A stretch of 64,000 nt of DNA from Ginglymostoma cirratum. Lineage: Eukaryota. This document shows positions 1-12,400 of the stretch, in pieces (positions within the stretch are counted from its first letter, which is position 1; each line of letters opens with the position of its first letter). The stretch is from positions 16,053,325 through 16,117,324 of the forward strand of contig JAHRHZ010000267.1 in the NCBI GenBank assembly GCA_024137785.1, read 5' to 3'. The translations under genes were made by a program, and so were the position numbers. The notes beneath the pieces are model-generated. The model was not told where the DNA came from. It worked only from the letters and a program-made list of their open reading frames with translations, and did no database searches.

Positions 1-97
1 CTTCTTGTTCCTCTGATGCTGCTTGGCCTGCTGTGTTCATCCAGCTCTACACCTTGTTATCTCAGATTCTCCAGCATCTGCAGTTCCTACTGTCTCT
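1..97 (+). mobile_element. Penelope-like element (PLE) 3' end with tail, cut by the window edge
   Basis: ctctgatgctgcttggcctgctgtgttcatccagctctacaccttgttatctcagattctccagcatctgcagttcctac is the same terminal sequence that follows the GIY-YIG ORF at 60740-60795. Confidence 0.9.
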
Positions 98-1140
98 GAA
101 TATATTTCCAAGTCAGGATAGTGGATAGCTTGGCGGGGAACATTCAGATGGTGATGTTACCATCTGTCTGCTGTCGTCATCCTTCTAGATGAAAGTGATT
201 GTGGGTTTGGCAGATGCTATGTGAGGACCTTTGGTGAATTTCAGGAATGTATCTTGTATATAGCACACATTGCTGCTTCTGAGTGTCATTGGTGTTTGCG
301 GATGTCCTGCCAACCAAGTGGGCGGCTTTCTCTCAGATGGCGTCAAGCTTCATTAGCATTGTTGAAACTACACTCATCCAGCTAAGTAGGGAGTACTCCA
401 TCAGACTCCTAGCTTGTGCCTTTTAGATGGGTAGGCTTTGCAGAATGTAAGAGATGAGTTTCTCACTGCAGATTCTGTTAGAGCCACAATACTTATACGG
501 TTACAGCTAGTGCAGCTCAGTTTCTGGTCAATGGTATCCCCTACAATATTGAATAAATGATGATAACACCAATGAATATCAAGGGACAGTGGTTAGATTT
601 TCTCTTTGGAGATGTTCATTGCTTGGCATTTGTGTAGGGTGAATGCTAATAGCCACTTTTCAGCCCAAGCCTGGATATTGTCCAGGTCTTGTTGCATTTG
701 GCCATGGGCTGTTTCAGTACCTGAAGAGTCGCTAATGGTGCTGAACATAGTTTGATTATCGGTGAACATCCCACTTTTGATTTTAAGATGGAGGAGAGAT
801 CATTGATGAAGCAACTGAAAATGGTTAGGCCTCAGACACCACCCTGTGGAGCTCTTGCAGAAATACCCTGGAAACGGAATGTCTGACCTCTAACAACCAC
901 AACAATCTTCCTGTGTACCAAGTATGAATCCAACCAGCAGAGAACTTTCCCCTGATTCCCATTGACTGCAGTTTTGCTCCTCAGTATCAGTCAAGTACAG
1001 CCTTGATATCAAAGGCAGTCACTCGTTGTCTTCCCACCTCTGGAATTTGGCTCTTTTGACCATGTTTGAACTAAAGCTGTAATGAGGTTGGTAGCCGGGT
1101 GGACTTGAGAGAACACAAACTGCATGTCAGTGAGCAGCTA
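98..1140 (-). mobile_element. CR1-like LINE (family A), degenerate RT C-terminal part
   Basis: Minus strand near 735-780 reads VGMFTDNQTMFST (decayed FADD motif); tttccaagtcaggata region matches 6830-6950 and 30085-30190. Confidence 0.8.
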
Positions 1141-3069
1141 TGACCGGATGTCTATCTCTCCATGGAACTTGCTTCATACAAAATGAGCTGAAAAGTGGAT
1201 AATCACTCCAGAACTGACCATGATGACTGTGCTGCTATCTAAAATGTCTGCGACCATATTTAAAGGCTTCCAGGTACCCTTTCACTCGTTGCAAGCCAGG
1301 AACTCCAAAACAGACATCGGTGGTCCTTTGTGTTGAGGTTTTAAATCTAGAACCTGACTTCAATAATGCTTAATTTGGGTTCTCCATTCCTTTTTTGACC
1401 AGGCCATACAGGTATATCATCAGTATTTAGAGCAGGTCACATTTCCCTTTTTATTACAGAATTTCACCTTGAATTGAAGAGTCTGTTCAAATCAAACCAA
1501 CGTACTGAGAATTTTTAAAGGAAGATCACTAATCACAGATCACAAACGCATACAAATGAAACAAGGCAAAAAACCCCACATTTTTATAGATATCTGCTGT
1601 CATTCTTCTCTTCACATCAAGATGAATGTCAATGATTTTAATGCCGGACAATTCAGCAGAAAAAAGGAATGCCTGTATAGATAATTGTAAATCCATTATA
1701 TAGTGATTCCTTCAAACACCTGGACAACTGCAGATTAAATTCTTGTGCATGTCAAATACAACGTCTGCATTAGATGCACATTCATCGTTTCTATTTCACT
1801 TATAAATTTTTAAGATGATTGCATGCTATCAGCAGTGAATGGAAAAGAATCCAGGATGGTAGCAATGAAAAGATGGCCCCATTTGCTGCCCAGATGATTT
1901 AGAGTCTAGAATTTAGTATGTTTCATATACCCTGTTTTGGAGTGGCTTAGGATCACTAACGTTCTTTGTTAATTACCACTTTTAAGTTGATAAAAATGGG
2001 AGATATGTATTTTTTTCAGTTTCTATGTTAAACACAGCAGTGTGAAACATTGAACACTGAAAAGCTTCACTGTTATGTGTATTACACATACAATGCTTTG
2101 TTTCTTTAATAGGTAAAACTGGGCTCTCTGACTGAATATGAAGCTTTGGTTTCTGTTCTGACCTGTTAACTATTTTGCCCACTATTAGTTGAAGACTGCT
2201 GAGATGCTGGAGGGGTAAGAAGGCAAAGAACCCAGAAGGAGTGCTCATAACCCGATAATGTGTACACAATAGGGAAAAGGGATATTTTCTATCCTTGAAG
2301 AGGATTAAGGTAAAGGCCTGCACAATGTAATCAAAGATGGATTACAGTATATCTTTGAATCACACATGCAACCAAAACACCATATTAACACTGTACCGAC
2401 TAGTCTAGTAAAAGTGATGACAGCATTTAATTTATTTTTGCTATTGAGTTGTTTCAGGTTGAGATTACCAATGACCTAATTTGTCATGTTGATGATTAAG
2501 TTAAATTCAACACTGAAACCCAGCAGCAAAAGGAAATGTTTGCAAAAATTTTACAAATGTCGTTGCACGTCAGCATATAGAGTATCATCAGTTGTATGCA
2601 TCTGGACAGTCAAGTGCCTGTGTAACAAGCCAACATTCATCAAGGTGATCACTTTGTGAAGGTCCAAATGGTGTGCAATTTCAGCCAAAATATTGTGCAC
2701 ACGAACACACAATTTAAGAACAGTACCGATGGCAGTTTTGTAGGAGTTGTTAATTCTCATTTATGCTAAGGAGAATAGTTTGAAGAGTAACTGTCCTTGA
2801 AAGTACTGTCTGCATTACAAATAGCAGCGCCTCATGACATCTCAATGCAATCGACACTGAGCAAAGATTCCAAATGAATCGGCAAATATCCACTGAGCAA
2901 AGATTTATCATGTTGAAACACTGGTTTTTCTTTACGGATATTTTGAAGATTCTCAGCAATAAATCTTACAGAGAATTGGTACAGTGTCAATAGTGTTCTG
3001 CATGCTACATAGTCATGGAAATATTAATGTCTGTTGCTGGGAAAGAATTATCTAGTAATGCAAATACCA

Positions 3070-3900
3070 TGGGTCAGATCTTTCAAGATACGATTGCTAA
3101 CTGTTGGAAGTAAGATCAGAAATACAAATTGTGTCCCCAGGGAAATTCCAATTCATCAACTTGTGGGAATTGTCCAGGAACTTTAAACTTCTGATGAGCA
3201 ACTGCCCTGCTCTACCAGACCCCCTGAGAGTGAGTTAGGCTTTGGACAGTTTGGATTTATATATCTGGATACTTATCCAGGAAACATGAGACCGAGATGA
3301 TTTTGTCTAACTGCTGAATAGAACTGCCCTCCGCCACCTAGCCACAATCCCTCTGCTTATCTTTGTCTCCCTCCCTGAACTACTGCCTCAACCTGTCCCC
3401 ATCCCTTTGAATGCTCCCCTGGCCCCATGACTCTCCCCCAGCTCAACCTGATGTCCTCCACATGGCAACCACTTTTGCCAAGACCCAACCCCCAATGACT
3501 CTTTGACACACATCCTTAGTCATGCACTTAACAAGCCATCCATGTGCCACTGTGTAACTCCTTCCGCTTGCCACCCTATCCATCAGCTATTCACCCATGA
3601 CTTCACTTTCCTACCACATTAGCCACCTGTCAAAGGAATCACCTGCCATCGTACCCACACAGCACTGAATTTGCCCAGTGCCCTACCCACTTGCTGCCTA
3701 CCAAGTTGCTAGCCTAGCCAGCCTCATTTCTGCTATTCTACCCACCTGCCTCCCTGCCAACTAACTCATCTCCCAACCTAATGAACTGGTATCTGACTGA
3801 CAACTTCATTCTCTCTCTCCATTTAGTGATAAGGATGCCCATGATTGAGCAGCACAAAATGGCTGACAACTGCCATGACTGACTCTGCAGAACATGGCCG
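3070..3900. repeat. C-rich low-complexity tract, possibly inside an old non-autonomous DNA transposon
   Basis: Recurrent ctaccca/ctgcc motifs at 3320-3800; no ORF. Confidence 0.35.
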
Positions 3901-4048
3901 ACTGTAGTTAGAAGGCTTAGGAAAAAATATTTATGAAAGTATAATCTCCACTAGTAGAACAACAGCCGGTCTTTGTAATCGAGAGTCTGATTTAAGATAG
4001 AATATGAAGCTTCAAAGCAACAGATAAAAACACTTCACAATAATTAGT

Positions 4049-4266
4049 CATAACACATTGTGGAGCTGGAGGAGCACAGCAGGCCAGGCAGCATCAGAGG
4101 AGCATGAAAGCTGACATTTTGGGTTGGGACCCTTCTTCAGAAAAATAAGAAGGGTCCTGACCTGAAACGTCAGCATTCCTGCTCCTCTGATGCTGCCTGG
4201 CCTGCTGTGTTCCTTCAGCTCCACACTCTGTTATCTCTGACTCCAGCATCGGCAGTTCTTACTATC
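4049..4266. mobile_element. PLE fold-back (inverted pLTR hairpin) with 14-bp TSD
   Basis: Arms 4049-4140 and 4148-4266 are reverse complements; TSD tcacaataattagt at 4035-4048 and 4267-4280. Confidence 0.93.
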
Positions 4267-4289
4267 TCACAATAATTAGTTTTGTTTTG

Positions 4290-5244
4290 ACGTGTTTATA
4301 ATATTGAGTAGGTTCTAGTTAAAGATTCTAGTTAAAGATAATCATTGAGATAGATCTTGAAGTAGTTATAGATCCACGTATATACAAAAATCACTAAAAT
4401 ATTCAAAGAAAAGATTTAAATAAAAATATAAGAAAAACCCAGTCTCAGATAATAAGAACAGCCCCCTTGTCATTAAAGGGAGAAATCAATCATTGGTGCA
4501 GGGACTAGCAGACATTGGAATGTGGATTGAATGAACCCAATATGAGACTCCCAAGGATAAAGATGGGGGTGCCTAGTAAAAACAGTAAGAAATAACTTGC
4601 CTGCAAATCATTAGCTAAATAATGCTAACAGTAGGTGTAAACATAAAACTTTACATACAGCTAACTTTGTAGTAAAACTAATATTATGAATTTTTAGCAG
4701 TTAGTAAGAACTAACTTCTTTTGTATGTCCTATAGTTAGGGCTGTGGGAAATACAAAATGACTAACAGAATTCAAGCAGTCCTTCGAGATACACAAGTCT
4801 GGGACGTGTTCAAAGGAGTATAACCATTAACTTTAGAATGTGAATTAATGGGATGCATTGTAAGATCCCAAGGCCGAATTATTACAATGTCTGGTAAATA
4901 TTATAAGATCATGGGGAACCTAGGGATGTCCATCATTGATTCGGTGTTTTACGGGACTGGATGTATTCATTAAGGAGGAAGGAACAATGACAATGTTGCA
5001 TGTAATTTTTGTAACTCTAAACGTATAAAGATGTTGATCCCCACTGGGAAAATTAGAGTGTCACTGATTTCTCTTCCAACCTGAGCCAAAGATTAAGGGG
5101 GCAATTGAGCCCTCATGTCAAAGCCTGGTTCAGGGTGATCACTGTCCTCAGACTGAATGACACCGGAGTTTGCTTGAATAAACTACCAAGTGCCTGAACT
5201 CTGCTGCCTGCTGAAAGTTATTACCATCAGGGACTTGCTCCTAC
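4290..5244 (+). mobile_element. Putative solo LTR (ERV-like)
   Basis: TATA-like tataaa near 5025, aataaa near 5177, ends ...ctcctaCA; 5' boundary and TSD not resolved. Confidence 0.4.
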
Positions 5245-5279
5245 ACTTAGAATGCTGACAATGCACACCTAGGCATATG

Positions 5280-5520
5280 GGAACAGAGGCACAGGAGAAG
5301 GCCATTCAGCCATTCAAGCCTAGTCCGCCATTCAATGAGATTAAGTCTGTCCTGTGGCCTACCTACATATACCTTCCTTTGGCCGAAATCACTTAATACC
5401 TTTGCTGAACAAAAAATTATCTATCTCAGGTTTAAAGTTAACAGCTGATCTAACATCAACTGCCATTTGTGGAGGTGAGTTTCAAACACTTATTGGCCTT
5501 TGTGTATAGAAGCGTTCCAT
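5280..5520 (-). mobile_element. CR1 LINE 3' end fragment
   Basis: aggccattcagccattcaagcc...ccgccattcaat matches the CR1 3' end at 25780-25830. Confidence 0.75.
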
Positions 5521-7177
5521 ATTCATTCATGCATTTGCTCGCCTATTCACTCATACACTCAATCACAAACACATTGAAAAGTAGTTTTAAAGTCCCAAAG
5601 CTTTTCAATGTGTTAGTGAGCTCTTCTCTGAATCTGACAGCAAGTACACTGAGAAGGTAGAGAGGCAATCCCCCAGCCCCTGATTAGCACCACGAGAAAA
5701 TAGGTTGATGGGACTTTGTAATGCCTTTTTAAAGCCGTCTACTCGGATTGGAAGATGTGGTCAGAAATATGAACTCTGTCGGGATGCAGAAAGGCAACAG
5801 CAGAGTGCCTATCGAATAATGATTATCACTCCTCAGGAGATCCAGGTCTATGTCTGAGCTCATTGGCCAACAATTGTCCCACTAAAACAAATGGCAGTAT
5901 TAAAATTGTTCCATTTTCAATATTTTTCATTTGCTTCTTTCTGGGTTTACCTGTCACATATGTTGTGCATATCTTCAGCAATTTTAATGAGATTCCACAA
6001 TTTTACAATTCCAGCAAATTATTAAAACATATTCAGTTAAGCACACTACTATTCTAGAAGTTCTGATTCAATTCCAGATTAAATAAATAGCTACTGACCT
6101 TATTAATTTTGAAGGTCAAGTTGCTGATATCTCTTCTACATTTCCAGGGATGTAGCTTCGTGGTCTATGCCAGTTATAAGTGGATTGATACTCCACACTT
6201 AGCAAGCATCCATGTACTTTCTTATTTTGTACAGTTAGTTTCAGATTCTTGTCTGCTGTGTTTTTCTTACATTTTAACCCCCATTTTCATCTCACAGTTG
6301 GATTGCTTCCTTCTGCATTATTTGTACAGGCTGAGCGGCTTTTCACATTGTACAGTAATATCTATGCAAGATCATATGTATTAACTGCTCAACTCTATAC
6401 TTGTTTTCCTTTAAAGCAAGAGATTCATACAATAGGAATTCATTGAAACTGTGCTTATAACAAATTAAATGGATTGGAATTGACATAAAAAGTAATTGGT
6501 ACCACAAAGAAACAAAAAAAAATCTATTAAAAGAAATTAGAGAACAGTCACTGTTGGAAACATACCACAACCGACACTGGACTACAATCAATTCAAAGCA
6601 ATGCATCTGATACTTAACTGAATCAAAACAAAAGTTTTTTTTTGTTCATCTGTGGGATACAGGCATTGCTGCCTAGGGCATCATTTATTGCCCATCAGTA
6701 ATTGCCCTTGGTAGTGGTCAGCTGCCTTCTTGAATCGCTGCATTCCATCTGGTCTAGGTATATCCACAATGCTATTAGGGAGGGTGTTTCAGGATTTTGA
6801 CCTAGCAACAACAAAGGAACGGTGATAACTTTCAAGTTAGGATGTTGAGTGGCTTGCAGGGGAACTTGCATCTGGTGACTTTCCCAGATATCCACCACCT
6901 TTGTTCTTCTAGACGATTGTGTTTTTAGTTTTAGAATGTGTTACCTCAGGAACCTTTGTTGCAGAGCATTTTATTCTGTTTGGCACTCAAGTAGTCCTGT
7001 TTCTTAGCTGCACCAGGTTGACACCTGATTTTTAGCTGTGCCTACTGCTGCTCCTGGCATGCAGTCTTCATCAAACCAGCTTGGTATTAGTGGGAAAATG
7101 GGGGATACGCTGGACCATGAGTTTGCAGTTTGTGTTTGAGTATAAATCGGCTGCTTGCCCAAGGAGCCTCATGATGT

Positions 7178-7644
7178 AACAAGGTGTGGGGCTGGATGAA
7201 CACAGCAGGCCAAGCAGCATCATAGGAGCAGGAAAACTTGACGTTTCGGGCCTAGACCCTTCATCAGAAATGGGGGAGGGGAAGAGGGTTCTGAAATAAA
7301 TAGGGAGAGAGGGGGAGGCGGATAGAGGATGGATAGAGGAGAGGATAGGTGGAGAGGAGGCAGACAAGTCGAAGAGGCGGGGATGGAGCCAGTAAAGGTG
7401 AGTGTAGGTAGGGGGGTAGGGAGGAGATAGGTCAGTCCAGGGAGGACGGACAGGTCAAGGGAGCGGGATGAGGTTAGTAGATAGGAGATGGGGGTGGGGC
7501 TTGAGGTGGGAGGAGGGGACAGGTGAGAGGAAAAACAGGTTAGGGAGCTTCCTGCTCCTATGATGCTGCTTGGCCTGCTGTGTTCATCCAGCCCTATGCC
7601 TTGTTATCTCGGATTCTCCAGCATCTGCAGTACCTTCTATCTCT
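7178..7644 (-). mobile_element. Young-subfamily PLE: 3' body on minus strand plus inverted 5' arm, 14-bp TSD
   Basis: TSD gagcctcatgatgt at 7164-7177 and 7645-7658; body 7178-7547 is nearly the reverse complement of the 37477-37780 copy; inverted arm 7548-7644. Confidence 0.93.
7236..7271 (-). ncRNA. Minimal type I hammerhead ribozyme motif in PLE pLTR
   Basis: Minus strand attt-CTGATGA-a-gggt-ctag-gccc-GAAA-cGTC-aagt: intact core boxes, 4-bp helix II, 4-bp helix I. Confidence 0.8.
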
Positions 7645-9171
7645 GAGCCTCATGATGTCCAGTGTTTGTGACTAGACTTGTTTGAAATCTTTCCCGTTTA
7701 GCATAGTAGTAGTGCCATGTAGCATAATAGAGGGTATCTACATTAGGACTTTGAAGATGGGACTTTGGCTGCTCAAGCACTGAATGGTGGTCAATCCTAC
7801 CAATACTGTCTTGAATTGATGTATCTGAATTAGGCAGATTGGCGAGGACGTGGTCAAGTATGTTTTTGCCTCTTGTTGGTTGTCTGGTTACCTGCTACAG
7901 ACCCAGTCTAGCAGCTCTGTCCTTTAGGATTTTAACGGCTTGGTCAGTAATAGCATAGCAGAACTATACTTGGTGGTGAATGTTAAAATCTACCACCAGA
8001 ATACATTCTGTGCTTTTTCCATCTTCTGTGCTCTTTCAAGCGGTGTTCAACATGCAGGCGTAATGATTCATCCGCCCAGGGCAAGGGAAAGTGTGTGAGG
8101 GGAGTGGTGGGTACGCTGGGTTGTAACCAGCGCGAGGTCTCCTTACTAATTTTGGCCTGGATGCCATGAGGCTTCATGGGGTCCAGAGTCAATGTTGAGG
8201 ACTTCCAGATAACTTTCTGTCAAGTGTAGATCACTGTATAGCCACCTCTGCTTTTGCTGTCCTGATGGTGGGACAGGACTTATCTAGGTTTGACAATGGC
8301 ATTGTTTGGTATATGGACTGTAAGGCATTATTCCATAAGTGTGACAATGCCAAGCTGTTGCTTGACTAGTCTGTGAGGCAGCTTTCCCAATTTGGCATTG
8401 GCTCCAGACGTTGGTCATGAGAATGTTTTGGGTTTGCTGTTGTCATTTCTGGTATCTAGGACAATGCTAGTCGGTCCATCTAGTTTCACTCCTTTTTTGA
8501 GATATTTTTAGTGGTTGATACAACTGAGTGGTTTGCTAATGGAACATTGCGCTGTCAAACTTCCTCTTGGAAAATATATCGTCGTGCTCAAAATATTAAT
8601 TCAACAAAATGCAACCTGTAACTACCTTAATATGTATTTATTATTTTAAATAGCTTTTCTCAGAAAAACGTGTTAGAATTATATAGCATCGCTAACGTTA
8701 TTGATTAGTCTGCAAGAATGTGAGTCACTAAGGTCACCATAGGCTAATTAATTCCTAACATATAGCTGCCATAAAACTCTGCTGATTACACAACATTTAA
8801 CCAATACAGCCAGCCAGTAATGTATATAAGGCATAATGTATAATGTAAAAGGTAAGTGCTGAAACATAGCATTTGACTGCTCTGAAATAATGTCCATGAC
8901 TCTAGATATCCGATCTCAGCTGTGATTTCCATTTTGTACTGCATATTCCCCACTACCACACTCTGAGATCTTTCTGCTGCTTGTCTATTGACTCATTCTT
9001 TTGCCTCTTCATTTCATGCATTGTCATTGTATTTCTTCTGTGTTCAGGGACACCCAATTAAAGAACCCACTGTACCTCTATAATTTTGTGACTTATTTAA
9101 TTTTATGCCATTATGCCTAATTCGCACCTACCAATTAAGCATAAATATAATGTACATAATTACATGACAAT

Positions 9172-9457
9172 ACAAGAAATTGGATAGGAGTCTGCTCTAT
9201 CATTCATTGCAATCTTACCTGATCTTTTGTAACAACTCAATTTTCTCACCGATTCCCCATATCCCCGATGCCTCGAGAAACCAAATAGCTTATCTGTTTT
9301 GAATATATTCCATGATGGAACATCCAGAACTCTCTGGGATCAAGAGTTCTAAAGATTCATAAACTTTGGAACAAAAAAATTTCTCCTCATTTCAGATTTA
9401 ACTGATTGATCTTTTATCCTCATTTCGTGCCCCATGTTCTAGATTCCCCAATCAGGG
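9172..9457 (-). mobile_element. CR1 LINE 3' end, first half of a split element
   Basis: Ends gttctagattccccaatcaggg and resumes at about 10293. Confidence 0.75.
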
Positions 9458-10292
9458 CTATGGATTAGCCAAAATGAAGTTCAGTGAAATTAAGTTGAGA
9501 GAAATAAGAACAAAACAAATGGATCCTAATCGTGATTATGTAATGATTTGAAAGGTCATGGGTTTAAAGTATTTCAGCATTTTGCTGTAGGACTGTGTTT
9601 GTGTTTATTTACATCAAGCCTAGCAACTCAGCAATAATAGACTGAACTGCCACAGTAATCCTGGAAAAGCTGAAATTTTCTTTAAAACAGATAATTCTCA
9701 GACGTGATAATGTAAACTATTTATCAGTGGAATTTGTGATTGTTGTGAAATTGTGCTTTGTAAATATCATATGTTAGATGATGTAACAGTGATGAATAGC
9801 AAGCACAAGCTGAGGTCAGAGTTTATTAAAAACAAGTAATAAGCCTCTTTCGAAACAAACCTTAATGAGTTAATTGATCAAACAAACGTACAAAATGTAA
9901 CATGTTTGTGATGTTTGTCAGTTGTGAGACTAATCATTTGCTGGAGACTGGATAGTATCAAGAATTTAAATGCAGAGCTTCTTTGTATATTAGAAGTATA
10001 AAACAAGCTTGCCTCTCAGTAAAATTTAGCTAGCTCAGGGAGATTATTCGATCAACGCTTAGAAGTTGAGACAGAGTGAGTTGATCACCTGTTCTTCTGA
10101 TCTTTGGACAAATCCGCGTAAAATTATTCACGTGATTGCAAACCTTATGTCGGTAAGATTTTTGCTGTGTTTTTTTTTGCGTTGTACTTCGCTTTAATAT
10201 CAAACAGTGGGCATATTCCATTGTTAGAAATGTTTGAATTATTGGTTTCCAGAGTAAACACAATGGGTCAGTGAAAGTGGGATTAACAGCAC
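9458..10292 (+). mobile_element. Unclassified ~835-bp insertion splitting a CR1 (LTR-like)
   Basis: CR1 is colinear on both sides; tcaggg is repeated at both junctions; internal tataaaa at 9997-10003. Confidence 0.5.
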
Positions 10293-11150
10293 TCAGGGGA
10301 AGAACCATTCTGTGTCTACCCTGTCAAATCTCTTCAGAATGTTGTATGTTTCAATCACATAAACTCTTATTTGTTTAAGTTTCAGAAAGTGTAGTCCAAA
10401 TTCACTCAGCCTCTAGACTTAGGGCAAGCCTTTTATCCCAGGGACCAATCTAATGAAGCTTTGCTATACCATCTCCAAGGTAAGTTTGACATGGGTTAAA
10501 TGTGGAGATCAGAATTCTTGCACAGTACTCACCAAAACCCTGTTAAATTATGTTACCTCTTTATGCCAGTGTTCCAGTTTCCTTACAATAAAAGCTCAGC
10601 CGTAATTTGCCTTTCTAATTCCTAGTGTTAAATTTTTGTGTTCTCTATGTGGGTGCATGCAAGCTTCTCTGAATGTAAGAATTTACAAATGTCATGCCTT
10701 TTAACAATATCTTGCTTTTCAATTCTTACTATTAAAATGAACAACCTCACACTTTCCCACATAATTGTCCTTCTGCTACCTTGTTCCTACTCACTTAACC
10801 TGTCTATATTCCTTTGCAGTTTCTTTGCAATCCCATCTACCATACATTCTCATTCAGCTTTATATTGTCAGTAAACTCAGATTATTCAGTCTCAACTATT
10901 TACAAGTTATTATTATAGATGGTAAACAGATAAGGCCCCAGCATTGATACTTCTAGCACTCTATGAGGCATAGCCTGCCAATTTACAAATGGCCCATTCA
11001 TCACAATCCTTTGCTTCAACACTGTTCATCTTGCCAGTATATTATCCCAAAACTCATGAACATTTATCTTGTATATTTACCTTCTGTGTGGCATCCTCTC
11101 AAATATTATTTGGAAATATTAGTCTAATATACCTTGTTAAAATTCCCACA
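10293..11150 (-). mobile_element. CR1 LINE ORF2 remnant, second half of the split element
   Basis: tctaccctgtcaaatctcttcagaat..., cacactttcccacat and ggccccagcattgat match the CR1 RT/3' region in antisense. Confidence 0.75.
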
Positions 11151-12024
11151 CAGAACCTGTTAAAAGTGCGAGGACAGGTGCTTGAGGGCTTTAGAAGTGA
11201 CAATGTGAAGGCAGGGAAGGGGGTTAAAAGGTGTTGAGGGGGAATGATTATTCCTCTATGAGGAACCCTGGGCATCCTTGAAGAAGGATCCCATTGTTTG
11301 CAACTAAAGCTGATGCCTTTTCCCAATGGCCTGGGCCTTAAGGGTGAAATACCAGTGGGACAACATCAGGTCTGTAAGTGACCATTGACTGGCTGCTTGA
11401 TGCCTTTAACATCCCTGTAAAATTTCAGACAAGAATAGAATGGGTGGTTAGGTAATGGATGTTGTATGAGCCATTTCATCCGTCAAAATGTTAACTGACA
11501 TCACACAATCAGCTCCACCCAATAGAGTATGAAAGATTTGTCCTGTTGGGAGCTAATGAATGCTGTACTAATTCCCAATGTGTGCTTCAATGATTGTTAT
11601 TCAAGTTAACAGTGTGTAGTTAAAACAGTAATATGAAATTGTTCTTAAATCGAGCCTGATGTCTCTTGAGACAGTCATGCAAATTCAATATAAAGTAACT
11701 AGCTACTATGCAATACATAATAAACCTTTCCTGTCTAATTAAGTCAGACTGCATCTTCTGCCAAAAATGTTTGGTCTTGGCAACCTTCCCTGCATGGTTT
11801 AGTTAGCTTGATGGAAGGATTGGTGGTGGTGAATCTACGTAAGATGCCTCAGCTGGTTCTGCAGAAAATAACTTTCACAATATGCTGGATATGTTGCACT
11901 GCATCCAACATTATGAGAGTGGGCAAGCCACCAACTGGAATTTATGTGCTCTGCCCACACCCCTACCTTCAAATCCATCACTGTGAGTGTAAAATTCAGC
12001 TTAATGTTTGGTGAAAATAGAAGA

Positions 12025-12400
12025 AATATGAAATAAGAGCAGACACAGACCATCTGCCCTTCAAGCAAACTCTGTTTTTCTATCCTCAAATCAACTTTAA
12101 CTTCTAAACCTGGGCCATAACGCACAAATTTCTTCGTATCCAAAAATCTATCGATATCTCTCTTGAATGTAGTCAACACTTGATCGTCCATTGTCCTTAC
12201 GTAGTGGAACATTTGGAAGGCTCACAACTCAATCTACAGGCTCTTTCACTCTTAGTTAGCCAAACCTCTTACTCTGAGATTGCCCTAGTGCTAGATGCCC
12301 TGACTAGGAATCTGCCTGCCAGCATTTAACTTGTTAAACCTTTTAAGAATATTACAAGATTCAATAAAATCACTTCAATCGAGCATCTCTGTTTCTGCCA
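12025..12400 (-). mobile_element. Old CR1 3' fragment
   Basis: ccaaaaatctatcgatatctctcttgaat; minus ORF TTFKRDIDRFLDTKKFVRYG resembles the CR1 ORF2 C-terminus. Confidence 0.7.

Larger units (their letters stand above)
6636..8540 (-). mobile_element. CR1-like LINE (family A): 3' UTR plus internally deleted ORF2 with AP-endonuclease remnant; interrupted by a PLE
   Basis: Minus strand 7780-7860 translates LDHVLANLPNSDTSIQDSIGRIDHHSVL (endonuclease SDH-type motif); 3' tail tttattgcccatcagtaattgccctt at about 6684-6710. Confidence 0.8.

Noticed and set aside
4049-4266. MITE or pre-miRNA
   Set aside because: Arms match the 3' terminus of GIY-YIG PLEs and are asymmetric, and the 14-bp TSD does not fit common DNA transposons
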